Below are positions 38,488 to 48,212 of a stretch of 64,000 bases of DNA, one piece after another. Under the pieces are notes generated by a model. The model was not told the origin of the DNA and searched no databases. It saw nothing but the letters and a program-made list of their open reading frames with translations. The stretch's first letter is position 1. Each line of letters begins with the position of its first letter. The stretch is taken from the NCBI GenBank assembly GCA_025699075.1, contig JAILWG010000002.1, forward strand, positions 56,048 through 120,047. Direction: 5' to 3'. The position numbers and the translations under genes are program-made. The DNA comes from Nitrosopumilus sp. GTDB taxonomy: Archaea > Thermoproteota > Nitrososphaeria > Nitrososphaerales > Nitrosopumilaceae.

Positions 38488-39415
38488 TGTTATGACTGAT
38501 CTAAATTCCATCACAGAAAAAATTCTTCAAATTCGAATTGCACAAATGATGGTTAATGAAAATTACAAAGATGGGCAATTTAAGATTCCAATTCATTTAG
38601 CTTTTGGACATGAGACAATTGCAGTAGCAATCAATGAAATAATGGATGATGAAGACAAATTAATTCTAACTCATAGAAATATTGCATATAATTTGTCACG
38701 TCTTGGAAAACTAAGACCTATCATGGATGAATATTTTCTTAAATCTACAGGATTAGATAGTGCAAAATCTGGTTCCATGAATTTAATTAATCCTAGTAAG
38801 GGAATAATTTACACATCAAGTATACTAGGAAATAATTTTTCTGTTGCAGTGGGAATCGCAATGTCTTTAAAAATTAAACAAAAAGATGGAATTACAATTG
38901 TTTTGGGTGGTGATGGCTCTCTTGAAGAAGGAAGTTTTCATGAAAGTATTCTTATGTTTAAAAGTTTGAATCTAAGTGGTTTACTAATTATTGAAAACAA
39001 TGAATGGTCAATGGCTACTAAAATATCTGAAAGACGAATTCATATTGACTTAGAAACATTTGCTAAATCTTATAATGTAAAATATGTAAAACTTTCTGGA
39101 AATAATCCTCTTGATTACATTCAAAAACTAAAAAAATTAAAAGATCTCTCCAAAAAAAGTAATGAATTAATCTGTATCGAAGTAATGGTGAATACATTAG
39201 GGGATTGGATAATGACTAATGATCAAAACCCTGATGGGAAATTCATTAACTATCATGCAGGTCCTGCACCTACAGTTGACGTTAAAACATGTCCTGCATT
39301 AATTAAAGAAAATAACTCTGATCCTATTTTTGTATTGATTAATTTACTTGGAATTGATGAACTTAACAAAATATCAGATAGAATTAGACATGACTTAGAA
39401 GAGGAAATGAAATGA
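38480..39415 (+). CDS. TPP-dependent E1-alpha-like subunit
   Basis: HLAFGHE, THRN, GSM, GDGSLEEG...IIENN TPP-binding motif. Confidence 0.85.
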   Translation: MCDVMTDLNSITEKILQIRIAQMMVNENYKDGQFKIPIHLAFGHETIAVAINEIMDDEDKLILTHRNIAYNLSRLGKLRPIMDEYFLKSTGLDSAKSGSMNLINPSKGIIYTSSILGNNFSVAVGIAMSLKIKQKDGITIVLGGDGSLEEGSFHESILMFKSLNLSGLLIIENNEWSMATKISERRIHIDLETFAKSYNVKYVKLSGNNPLDYIQKLKKLKDLSKKSNELICIEVMVNTLGDWIMTNDQNPDGKFINYHAGPAPTVDVKTCPALIKENNSDPIFVLINLLGIDELNKISDRIRHDLEEEMK

Positions 39416-40350
39416 ACTACATTGAACTAATAAATAATCTGCTTAAAGAACAAGTCTCAAAACATGAACAATTAGTAATATTTGGACAAAATGTTTCAGC
39501 CGGATCTTGTATTGGAGGCATGACTAGAGATTTATCAATACCCAAAAGTGGACGAATTATTAATTCAACAAATTCTGAAAATTCACTATGTGGATTTGGT
39601 TTTGGTATGATGATTAACGATGTTTCTTCAATATTCTTTATGAAACAACTAGATTTTCTATTATTGGGAATTGATCATTTAGTTAATACCTATAATCTAA
39701 TACGAAATCATGAAAATAATGCATCATTTACTATTTTTCCTATAGTTATGGATAATGGTTTTCAAGGTTCACAATCAAGCAGTAATAATTTTGCTGATTT
39801 CTGCTCAATTGCAAGAATAAAAGGATACACAATTACAAATAAAATTGATGCTGAAAAAATTATTTCATCTAAATTAATTTCTCCAGGATTTAGAATAATT
39901 GCAATTAGTCAAAGGATGTTTAAAGATGAAGTAATTACTCCAGATGAACTAATTTATGTTAATGATGAAAACGATGTTTTTCAATATAATTCAGGTGATG
40001 ATGTCACTGTTGTTTGCTTCAATTTTTCATTTCCGTATGGTAAAAAAATTGTAGATATTTTGAAGGATAATAATTTAAAATGTTCTTTCTTTAATGTTAA
40101 TTCTCCAACGCCGACAAATTGGACAAAAATTGTTGACGATGTTTCAAAAACAAAAAAAATAATTATTATTGATGATAGTAAAAGTGAAAATTTGAGTTGT
40201 CATTCATTACTAACAGATATCTCTGATAAAGTTGTTTTAGATAAAAAAATTATTTTAAAAAGAAATTTTGATAACACAGATTGGTTAAATCCTATTGATG
40301 ATCAGATGGATATTAATTTTCAACAAGTTGTAAATGATTTAGTTGACTAA
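39412..40350 (+). CDS. TPP-dependent E1-beta/transketolase-like subunit (divergent)
   Basis: VIFGQNV, NSENSLCGFGFG, DFLLLGIDHLVN, G.DVTVV. ATGA overlap with the alpha subunit. Confidence 0.75.
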   Translation: MNYIELINNLLKEQVSKHEQLVIFGQNVSAGSCIGGMTRDLSIPKSGRIINSTNSENSLCGFGFGMMINDVSSIFFMKQLDFLLLGIDHLVNTYNLIRNHENNASFTIFPIVMDNGFQGSQSSSNNFADFCSIARIKGYTITNKIDAEKIISSKLISPGFRIIAISQRMFKDEVITPDELIYVNDENDVFQYNSGDDVTVVCFNFSFPYGKKIVDILKDNNLKCSFFNVNSPTPTNWTKIVDDVSKTKKIIIIDDSKSENLSCHSLLTDISDKVVLDKKIILKRNFDNTDWLNPIDDQMDINFQQVVNDLVD

Positions 40351-40365
40351 AGGAACGTATACAAT

Positions 40366-41106
40366 ATGATAGATAAAGCTTTTGAGAAAAAAAACAAAAC
40401 AAATATTCTTAAAATGTCAAAAGATAAAAATTTTCAAAAGTTAACTAAATCTTGGTTTAAATCCAGTGAAAAATTTCAATACTCATATCATTTTTCATGG
40501 ATGGGCAGACCTATCATTCAATATCCTCAAGATATGATCGCATTACAAGAACTAATCTGGAAAATCAAACCTGATTTAATTATAGAAACAGGAATAGCAC
40601 GGGGAGGATCTTTAATTTTCTCTGCTTCTATACTTCAATTAATTGGTAAAGGAAGAGTTGTTGGAATTGATGTTGATATTAGAAAACACAATAGAATTGA
40701 GATTGAAAAACATTCTATGTTTAAACGAATCAAGATGATTGAAGGCTCATCAATTGATTCAAAAGTAGTCAAAAAAGTATATCAACTTGCTAAAAATAAA
40801 AAACAAATTTTAGTTATTTTGGATTCAAATCATTCTCACGAACATGTACTTAAAGAATTGGAATTGTATTCTCCTTTAGTTACTAAAAACAGCTATCTGA
40901 TAGTCTTTGATACTGTGATTGAAGATATTTCTACATCTCAAACTAAATCTCATCAAAAACGACCTTGGGGCAAAGGCAATAATCCAAAAACAGCAGTTAA
41001 TTCTTTCCTTGCTTCAAACAAAAGATTTATCATTGATAAAGAAATTGAGAATAAACTCATGATCACTGTAGCACCTAGTGGATTTTTAAAATGTATTAAA
41101 AAATAA
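40366..41106 (+). CDS. CmcI/cephalosporin hydroxylase family (rhamnosyl O-methyltransferase-like)
   Basis: WMGRPIIQYPQD, KPDLIIETGIARGGS, LDSNHSHEHVLKEL, VFDT, NNPKTAV. Confidence 0.9.
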   Translation: MIDKAFEKKNKTNILKMSKDKNFQKLTKSWFKSSEKFQYSYHFSWMGRPIIQYPQDMIALQELIWKIKPDLIIETGIARGGSLIFSASILQLIGKGRVVGIDVDIRKHNRIEIEKHSMFKRIKMIEGSSIDSKVVKKVYQLAKNKKQILVILDSNHSHEHVLKELELYSPLVTKNSYLIVFDTVIEDISTSQTKSHQKRPWGKGNNPKTAVNSFLASNKRFIIDKEIENKLMITVAPSGFLKCIKK

Positions 41107-41133
41107 ATTATTTTTATTTAGTCCAATGTGTAA

Positions 41134-42150
41134 TTATAAAATCTGATCATTAATTTGAAGTTTATTAAACAAAGTTTGATCAGACATTATGTGTTTATAC
41201 CATTCTAATGTGATTGTTTTATTACTACTATCTAGTTTACCTGAACATAATTCATTGTATATTTCATTTGCACCATCATTAATTGAAAAAGATGGCCTAA
41301 ATCCTAATTCATCTTTTATTTTTTTAAATGATGTTATGTATGATCTATGATCATTTGTATCACCTAACTCTAAATCACATTTTTGCCCTGTTGCCTTAAT
41401 GATATTCTCAGCTATATCCCCCATCTTAAAATTTTGTTCATCTGAACCAACATTGAAAATTTGACCTGAAATGATCTCTTTTGGTGCAACAATTACTTTT
41501 TGATATGCATTTACTGCATCTTTAATATGAATAAAGGGTCTACTGTTGTTTTTTCCACGTACAACAATTTTGTGATTTCTAAACATTTCTAATACCATAC
41601 TATTTACAGAAATATCAAATCTCATTCGTGGAGATGAACCATACACACTTGAGAATCTTAATACTGTAACACAAAAATTTTCATCATTTAATTTCAATAC
41701 ATCTTCTTCAGCTTTTCTATTGGCTTTTGAATAATCTGTAATGGGATTAACAACAGACTTTTCATCTACAGTATGTTTTTGTTGACCATACACACTTGCA
41801 CTTGATGCTAAAATGTATTGTTTAACTCCCATGTCTTTACATAATTTTGCTACTCTGGCTCTTCCTAAATGATTAATTTGATATGTCTTTTCTGGATCTA
41901 GTGCTCCTACAGGATCATTAGAAAGAGCTGCCAAGTCCATTACAAAATCAATATCTTTGAGAATATTTGGTTTAAACCATCTGATATCGTCTTTAATTAA
42001 TTCAATTTTTCCGTCAAATTGCTTTTGTGATAAAAATTCATCTCCAAAAAAGAATCTATCAAGACATTTTATGGAATGTTCATCTTTTACCAATTCAGGT
42101 AATAGTACAGATCCTACATACCCTGCACCCCCTGTAACTAGAATATTCAT
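41134..42150 (-). CDS. NAD-dependent NDP-sugar epimerase/dehydratase
   Basis: TGGAGYVGS, LAALSNDP, ASSASVYG, SPRMRFD, RPFIHIKD. The catalytic segment reads YSKANR rather than the canonical YxxxK. Confidence 0.85.
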   Translation of the reverse strand: MNILVTGGAGYVGSVLLPELVKDEHSIKCLDRFFFGDEFLSQKQFDGKIELIKDDIRWFKPNILKDIDFVMDLAALSNDPVGALDPEKTYQINHLGRARVAKLCKDMGVKQYILASSASVYGQQKHTVDEKSVVNPITDYSKANRKAEEDVLKLNDENFCVTVLRFSSVYGSSPRMRFDISVNSMVLEMFRNHKIVVRGKNNSRPFIHIKDAVNAYQKVIVAPKEIISGQIFNVGSDEQNFKMGDIAENIIKATGQKCDLELGDTNDHRSYITSFKKIKDELGFRPSFSINDGANEIYNELCSGKLDSSNKTITLEWYKHIMSDQTLFNKLQINDQIL

Positions 42151-42174
42151 GCTCTTTTGAAATAGATCTATATA

Positions 42175-42699
42175 CTATTTTGAGGTTTGCCCTTGCTTTT
42201 CCTGTGATTCAATAATTTTTAAAATTTTTATTAAAGAATCATTCTTTTTTAAAAATATAGTTTTACATCCTGCTTTTTTTCCAGCTTGAATATCTGTAAT
42301 AGAATCTCCAATCATCCAACTTTTTGATGCATCGATTGAAAATTCATTAATAGCTTCTAAAATTAATCCAGGTTTGGGTTTTCTACAATCACAGTTTTCA
42401 TTAGGACGGTGAGGACAAAAATAAAATTTATCAATTTTCGTTTTTTCTTCTTCTAAATATTTTTGAATAGTTAAATGAATTTTTTCTAATTCTTTTATTG
42501 TAATAATACCTCTATTAATTACTGATTGATTTGTGATTACAATAATTAAAAATCCCCTTTTTTTTAATTCTAAGATTACTTTTTGTATGTTTGGAAAAAT
42601 TTCTAATTCTTTAATTGATTTGACATAGTCTTCTCTTTTTTTATTTAACACTCCGTCTCTATCTAAAAAAATTGCTTTATTTTTTTTAATCATATTCAA
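42175..42699 (-). CDS. gmhB: Heptose-1,7-bisphosphate phosphatase (HAD IIIA)
   Basis: FLDRDGVLN, ITNQS, CPH....CDCRKPKPG, MIGDSITD. Confidence 0.9.
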   Translation of the reverse strand: MNMIKKNKAIFLDRDGVLNKKREDYVKSIKELEIFPNIQKVILELKKRGFLIIVITNQSVINRGIITIKELEKIHLTIQKYLEEEKTKIDKFYFCPHRPNENCDCRKPKPGLILEAINEFSIDASKSWMIGDSITDIQAGKKAGCKTIFLKKNDSLIKILKIIESQEKQGQTSK

Positions 42700-43291
42700 A
42701 CATGGGTTTACCTAGATTTCTAATTGTTGATGCAATACAATGACAAATTGTTATGTGCTGTGATTCAATTGTCAACATATCATCACTAGGAACCTTTAAA
42801 GTAATATCACAAATCGTATTGAAATCTCCCCCATTTTTACCTGTAAATCCAATACATTTAGCTCCAATTTTTTTTGCAATTTTTAGGCCATTAACTACAT
42901 TTTTTGATTTACCACTACCACTAAATGCAATCACTATGTCATTTTTCTCTACTTGATTTTTTATTTGCTCTTCAAAAATTCGGTCAAATGATGTGTCATT
43001 AGACCAAGCCAAAATTACTGGAATGTTATCTACCAGTGATATGGATTTGATCCTATTTTCATCTTTTACAATAACCGTTTTTTGTAAATCTGAAACAAAA
43101 TGTGATGCTGTTGAACCAGATCCTCCATTGCCCATAGTGAATATGGTTTTTTTATTATTTCTAGCAGAAATTATCATTTTGATTATTTTATCTATTTCAT
43201 GTGTGTTTTGCTGAATTTCATTAATACATTCATTTTGTATTTGCAAAAATTTTTTTACGTGTAAATCTATTTCATTCCTAATCTTTTTCAT
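42686..43291 (-). CDS. Second SIS-domain phosphoheptose isomerase-like protein
   Basis: GNGGSGSTASH, AWSND..F..IF..Q, FSGSGKS, IESQH...CH. Confidence 0.85.
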   Translation of the reverse strand: MKKIRNEIDLHVKKFLQIQNECINEIQQNTHEIDKIIKMIISARNNKKTIFTMGNGGSGSTASHFVSDLQKTVIVKDENRIKSISLVDNIPVILAWSNDTSFDRIFEEQIKNQVEKNDIVIAFSGSGKSKNVVNGLKIAKKIGAKCIGFTGKNGGDFNTICDITLKVPSDDMLTIESQHITICHCIASTIRNLGKPMFEYD

Positions 43292-43351
43292 TTAATACTG
43301 ATCAAAATTTTTTAGAAATAAAGGTTACTTGTTAAAGGTAGTTCAGAACTA

Positions 43352-43876
43352 TTATAACAAATCAAAAGATTCATCTTTTTTAGATATTGTGCTACAGTCC
43401 AATGGCCATTTGATCTGTATTTTAGGATCATTCCATCTTATTCCTCCTGATTTTTCTGGATGATAATATTCACTCATTTGATAATACAATTCTGTATTTT
43501 CTGAAAGTGTTTGAAAACCTAATGCAAATCCTTCTGGAACATAAAGAATTTCATATTTATCTTCACAAAGTTCAACAGAAATCCATTTGTGAAAAGTAGG
43601 AGAATTAATTCTAATGTCTATCATAACTTCAAAAACTCTTCCTTTGGTGCATCTGATTATTTTTGCCTCTTCGTATGGCTTTTTTTGAAAATGCATTCCA
43701 CGAACTGTTCCTTTATTTTTATTAAATGAAATATTACATTGGGATAAATTTGAATTCAATCCTTTATTTTCAAAAATTTTTTTATCCCAAGATCTAGAAA
43801 AAAATCCTCTTTCATCTTCAATTTTTTCTAATTCAATTAAATATACTCCCTTTAATGATAATTCTTTGAATTTCAA
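43352..43876 (-). CDS. rmlC: NDP-4-keto-6-deoxyhexose 3,5-epimerase
   Basis: DERGFFSR, GTVRGMHFQ, YVPEGFALGFQTL, GIRWNDP. A TTG start at 43876 overlaps the upstream TGA. Confidence 0.88.
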   Translation of the reverse strand: MKFKELSLKGVYLIELEKIEDERGFFSRSWDKKIFENKGLNSNLSQCNISFNKNKGTVRGMHFQKKPYEEAKIIRCTKGRVFEVMIDIRINSPTFHKWISVELCEDKYEILYVPEGFALGFQTLSENTELYYQMSEYYHPEKSGGIRWNDPKIQIKWPLDCSTISKKDESFDLL

Positions 43877-45096
43877 AATATTTTCACCTTTGGAGTCAAT
43901 ACAACAAATTTTCCTCCCCATTTTCTAATGATTTTCATTTCTTCACAAATTTCCTCTTTTAGATTCCAGGGTAAAATAACCAAATAATCTGGTTTGTATT
44001 TGTAAATTTTCTTGGGATTGAAAATAGGAATATGTGTACCTGGTAATAATTTACCTTGTTTAGCCGGATTTTTATCAACTGTAAAGTTTATGAAATCTTT
44101 TCCTATTTGACAATAATTTAACATTGTATTTCCTTTAGCTGGTGCGCCATAACATGCAATTTTTTTACTTTCTTTTTTTGCTTCACTAAAAAATTTCCAA
44201 ATATTTATTTTCTTTTCTAGAATTTGATTTTGGAATTTTTCATATTTTTCTTTTTTAGTGATTCCAAATTCTTTTTCCTTTTTTAATAACTTTGTTAGAT
44301 TTTTACTTTCTTTTTTTGTTTTCCCCCTTTTTTTAATATATAATCTAAGAGAACCTCCATGCACATTGATTTCTTCTACATCAACAATTTCCAGTTTAAA
44401 TTTTTCTAATATTTGTTTTATTGTTGTAAGTGAAAAATATGAAAAATGTTCATGATAAATATGATCAAATTGACCATTTTTAATTAATGGCACTAAATAT
44501 GCAGAAAATTGAATTATTATTATTCCATTTGCATTGATTAATAATTCTAAACCTTTGATAAAATCTACCAATTCTGGTGTATGTGGTAATACATTATTTG
44601 CAATAATAACATCAACTTTTTTCCCTGATTTTTTTAATTCTTTTGCAAGTTTACTTCCAAAAAATTTTGTTATTGTTGGAATTCCTTTTTTGATTGCATT
44701 TTTTGCCACATTTTTAGCTGGTTCAATTCCCAATACGGGGATATTTTTTTTCTTAAAAAATTGTAGTAAATAGCCATCATTGCTGGCTATTTCAATTACA
44801 AGATTTTTTTCATTTAAATCGAATTTTTTAACTAATGTATTGACATATTCCTCTGCATGATTTATCCAAGATGGAGAAAACGATGAAAAATATGCATAAT
44901 CCTTAAAAATCTCTTTTGGACTCTGAACTTCTCCAAGTTGAACCAAAAAACACTTTTTACAAACAAATGTTTTCAAAGGGAAAAAGACTTCGCCTCTTTC
45001 AGATTCGGTATTATTTACATATGAATTTGCCAAAGGTGACATTCCCAAATCTGCAAAAATTAATTTTAGTTTATTTTGACAAAATCTACATTTCAT
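43873..45096 (-). CDS. NDP-sugar C-methyltransferase (TylC3/NovU-like)
   Basis: CRFC...DLGMSPLAN...CKKCFLVQL Zn site, EIASNDGYLL, IYHEHFSYFS, HGGSLR, YGAPAKGNT, LPWNL. Confidence 0.9.
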   Translation of the reverse strand: MKCRFCQNKLKLIFADLGMSPLANSYVNNTESERGEVFFPLKTFVCKKCFLVQLGEVQSPKEIFKDYAYFSSFSPSWINHAEEYVNTLVKKFDLNEKNLVIEIASNDGYLLQFFKKKNIPVLGIEPAKNVAKNAIKKGIPTITKFFGSKLAKELKKSGKKVDVIIANNVLPHTPELVDFIKGLELLINANGIIIIQFSAYLVPLIKNGQFDHIYHEHFSYFSLTTIKQILEKFKLEIVDVEEINVHGGSLRLYIKKRGKTKKESKNLTKLLKKEKEFGITKKEKYEKFQNQILEKKINIWKFFSEAKKESKKIACYGAPAKGNTMLNYCQIGKDFINFTVDKNPAKQGKLLPGTHIPIFNPKKIYKYKPDYLVILPWNLKEEICEEMKIIRKWGGKFVVLTPKVKIF

Positions 45097-45245
45097 TAAA
45101 ATAGTCTTTAATTATATACAAATAAACTTATTTTATTTTTAGCGCTAATTTTTTGTAATTAATTTCAAAATTTGTTTATTGTTAAGTAAAATATTTTCCA
45201 ATAGAACCCATACGTTTAACAATCAATTAAAATAATTTCTTTTGA

Positions 45246-46136
45246 TTGAAAAAGAAAATTCTCATATTTGGTGGTTCAGGTTTAGTTGGTAGCACTTTCA
45301 TAGATTATGGAAAAGATACTTTTGATATCTCTTATACGTATAATACAAATGACTTAAAAATTGATTATGTAAAGTCATTTAAAATTAATTTTTTATCTGA
45401 TGGTAAAAAAATTTCTAATATAATTAAAGAATACAACCCTGATGTTATAATACATATGGTTGCTTTTCCAAGCGTTGACTTTTGTGAAGAAAATCATCAA
45501 TTAGCTACTGAATTACATGTTAATGCAACAAAAAAAATTGTAGAACAAGCATCAATAAATAAATCAAAATTAATTTTTCTATCTACTGATGCAGTATTTG
45601 GAGGAAAATTAAATAAAAAATATACTGAAGATGATTTAACAAACCCCGTAAATTACTATGGTGTCACCAAACTAAATGCAGAAAAAATCGTCTTAGAAAA
45701 TCCTACCAACATTGTTGTTAGGACATCTGTAATTTATGGATGGCATGATAAATCTAGATTTACTAATTGGATTTTAGATTCTTTGAAACAAAATAAAATA
45801 GTAGATCCTTTCATTGATCAATTTAATTGTCCAACTCTAGTTGATGATCTTGCTAAATCGTTAATTAAAATGATAGATCTGGATATTTCTGGACTATTTC
45901 ATGCATCAGGAAAAACATGTATAAATCGATATGATTTTGCGGTTAAATTATCTAAAAAATTTGAATATGATGAAAACTTAATTATTCCTGTCACTTCAAA
46001 AGAAAAAAAACAAGAGGCACCAAGACCAAATAGTACGTGCCTAGATTCATCAAAGTTAGAAGAAACTATAGATTTTGAATTTTCTACCCTTGATGAGGGA
46101 ATATCATTTATTTTAGATAAATCTAGAGGTTTTTGA
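45246..46136 (+). CDS. Second RmlD-like NDP-4-ketosugar reductase
   Basis: GGSGLVG, VDFCE, STDAVF, PVNYYGVTK, PTLVDDLA, APRP. Confidence 0.85.
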   Translation: MKKKILIFGGSGLVGSTFIDYGKDTFDISYTYNTNDLKIDYVKSFKINFLSDGKKISNIIKEYNPDVIIHMVAFPSVDFCEENHQLATELHVNATKKIVEQASINKSKLIFLSTDAVFGGKLNKKYTEDDLTNPVNYYGVTKLNAEKIVLENPTNIVVRTSVIYGWHDKSRFTNWILDSLKQNKIVDPFIDQFNCPTLVDDLAKSLIKMIDLDISGLFHASGKTCINRYDFAVKLSKKFEYDENLIIPVTSKEKKQEAPRPNSTCLDSSKLEETIDFEFSTLDEGISFILDKSRGF

Positions 46137-47164
46137 AGAATTTGATAATTGGATTATCGCCTGTTAGACTAAGTTTTGCTGGCGGAGGAACAGATATGCC
46201 TGAATTTTATGAGAATCATGGTGGCAGTGTAATTGCAACTACAATTAATCATTTTACATATACAATTATCCATCCAAGATTTGATAACTTATTTCAAGCA
46301 TTTTCTCCGGATTTTCAAAAATATTACACTGCATCAAAATATGATAAAATTCAAATTCAGGATGGAACTGAAATAGCATCATCTGTTATCAAATATTTTA
46401 AATTCAAAAAAGGTGTAAATGTTATTTTATCTAGCGATGTTCCTGCTGGATCTGGACTTGGTGCTTCAAGTTCACTGGCTGTAAATTTAGTAAATGTTAT
46501 CTCTTATTTGAAAGGAGAACATCTATCAAAAACAGAGATTGCAGAAAAAGCATTTCATATAGGAAGAAAAATTTTACACTGGCCTATTGGTAAACAGGAT
46601 GAATATGTTTCGTCATTTGGAGGATTTAATGCTGTTAAATTTAGCAAAGAAAGGGTATCTGTGCAGCCTATCAATTTATCTAAATCTCTTTTATCTGAAT
46701 TACAAACTAATTTGTTATTATTTAGAGAAGGAAATACAAGAAATAGTTCTACCATTTTAACAACACAAATTAACATGATTAAAAAGAAAAATCCTGATAC
46801 TCTTAGTTCTCTAATTGCTGTAAAGAATTTAGCATTTGATATGCATAAATCATTAAAACAGTCTGATATTACAAAATTCGGTGAATTATTACATCAAGGT
46901 TGGTTGGCTAAGAAAAAATTTGCTAAAAATGTAAGCAATTCTCGAATCGATAAGATTTATGATGTTGCGTTAAAAAATGGTGCACTTGGAGGAAAAATTA
47001 CGGGTGCTGGTGGTGGAGGACACATGTTATTTTATTGTGAAAAACCTGATCAAAAGAAATTAGAAAAAAAATTAAAAACATTGGGGCTTAATCGTGTAAA
47101 ATTCTCATTTTACAAAAACTCCCCTAAAATTCTTGAAACCTCAGACATGATGAATTTAAAATAA
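46133..47164 (+). CDS. hddA: D-glycero-D-manno-heptose-7-phosphate kinase (GHMP)
   Basis: PVRLSFAGGGTD, DVPAGSGLGASSS, GKQDEY..SFGGFN, GGKITGAGGGG. Confidence 0.85.
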   Translation: MKNLIIGLSPVRLSFAGGGTDMPEFYENHGGSVIATTINHFTYTIIHPRFDNLFQAFSPDFQKYYTASKYDKIQIQDGTEIASSVIKYFKFKKGVNVILSSDVPAGSGLGASSSLAVNLVNVISYLKGEHLSKTEIAEKAFHIGRKILHWPIGKQDEYVSSFGGFNAVKFSKERVSVQPINLSKSLLSELQTNLLLFREGNTRNSSTILTTQINMIKKKNPDTLSSLIAVKNLAFDMHKSLKQSDITKFGELLHQGWLAKKKFAKNVSNSRIDKIYDVALKNGALGGKITGAGGGGHMLFYCEKPDQKKLEKKLKTLGLNRVKFSFYKNSPKILETSDMMNLK

Positions 47165-47168
47165 TTAA

Positions 47169-48200
47169 TTATGACCTTAATTTAATAAAATCAATTGATT
47201 TTACTGGGCTAGGATCGATTTTTGATAAAACTGCTTTATAGATTGAAGTATAATCAAAAAAATAAATTAAATTAATCAATTTTGATAGAATTGCCCCTTC
47301 TACTGAGTAAACTTCATGGTATTCAATTGAATTCAAATTAAAATACTCTTTAATGATTTTCCATCTCTCTTTTGTTTTTTCATTATCATCCATACCTTGA
47401 ATTAGAATTGGTATTATATTCGAAGAATTTTCCCATGCAACTATACCATTATGACATGCTTCAATCACATCTTCAGATATTGCATGAATTTTTGAATTTT
47501 CTTGAAGGGAATTTTTGAATCTTACTGCAGCTGCTTGTAATCCAAATGGATAATAGATTAATGGCACTCCAGAAATCCATTGTGCCAAATTTATCGCTGG
47601 GTTTTCATCATTGAATTTTTCTGATGAAATACAGTCCCGTAAAATGATCATTTGATTAATAGATGCATGAATATCCTCTTCTTTGATTGGTAATAATGGT
47701 TTCAAAATCAACATTATTGAATAAAGAAAATTTACTAATGAAGCACGAGGAGAATGATTTTTTTCAATTTTTCTAAATTCAATATTATTTTTATTACAAA
47801 TTTTTTCCATTTCACCCCCTGATGAAAACGCTATTTTTTTACAATCTATATCCATTGATGATTCTAAAATCGTCAAAGTTTCTTTAGTATTTCCTGAGAC
47901 ACTTGTTGTAATTAGTAATGTCTTAGCATCCACTGTTTTTGGAAGTCGATAACCTTTAACAATTGTCACGTGAATGTTTGTTTTAGATAATATTGCAGCA
48001 AAGATATCCCCAATAGTTCCAGATCCTCCCATTCCAGCAAAAACAATATGATTGATATTGTAAAACTCTATCTGTTTATGTTTACTATTGTAAGCATTTT
48101 TTGCAATTTCTGGCCATCTGTCATAAACTAGATACATTTTTTTTGTATCATATTTTTCTAATTGTTCTTTTTCTAACACTGGCATGATTAAATAAATCAT
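47169..48200 (-). CDS. Bifunctional phosphoglucose/phosphomannose isomerase (SIS)
   Basis: GMGGSG, SVSGNTKET, SSGG, PRAS, RFKNSLQENSK, EACHN. Confidence 0.88.
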   Translation of the reverse strand: MIYLIMPVLEKEQLEKYDTKKMYLVYDRWPEIAKNAYNSKHKQIEFYNINHIVFAGMGGSGTIGDIFAAILSKTNIHVTIVKGYRLPKTVDAKTLLITTSVSGNTKETLTILESSMDIDCKKIAFSSGGEMEKICNKNNIEFRKIEKNHSPRASLVNFLYSIMLILKPLLPIKEEDIHASINQMIILRDCISSEKFNDENPAINLAQWISGVPLIYYPFGLQAAAVRFKNSLQENSKIHAISEDVIEACHNGIVAWENSSNIIPILIQGMDDNEKTKERWKIIKEYFNLNSIEYHEVYSVEGAILSKLINLIYFFDYTSIYKAVLSKIDPSPVKSIDFIKLRS

Positions 48201-48212
48201 CTATATGTTATT

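Noticed and set aside
38480-40350. Central pyruvate dehydrogenase complex
   Set aside because: No E2 or E3 gene nearby, the beta subunit is divergent, and the pair is embedded in NDP-sugar genes.
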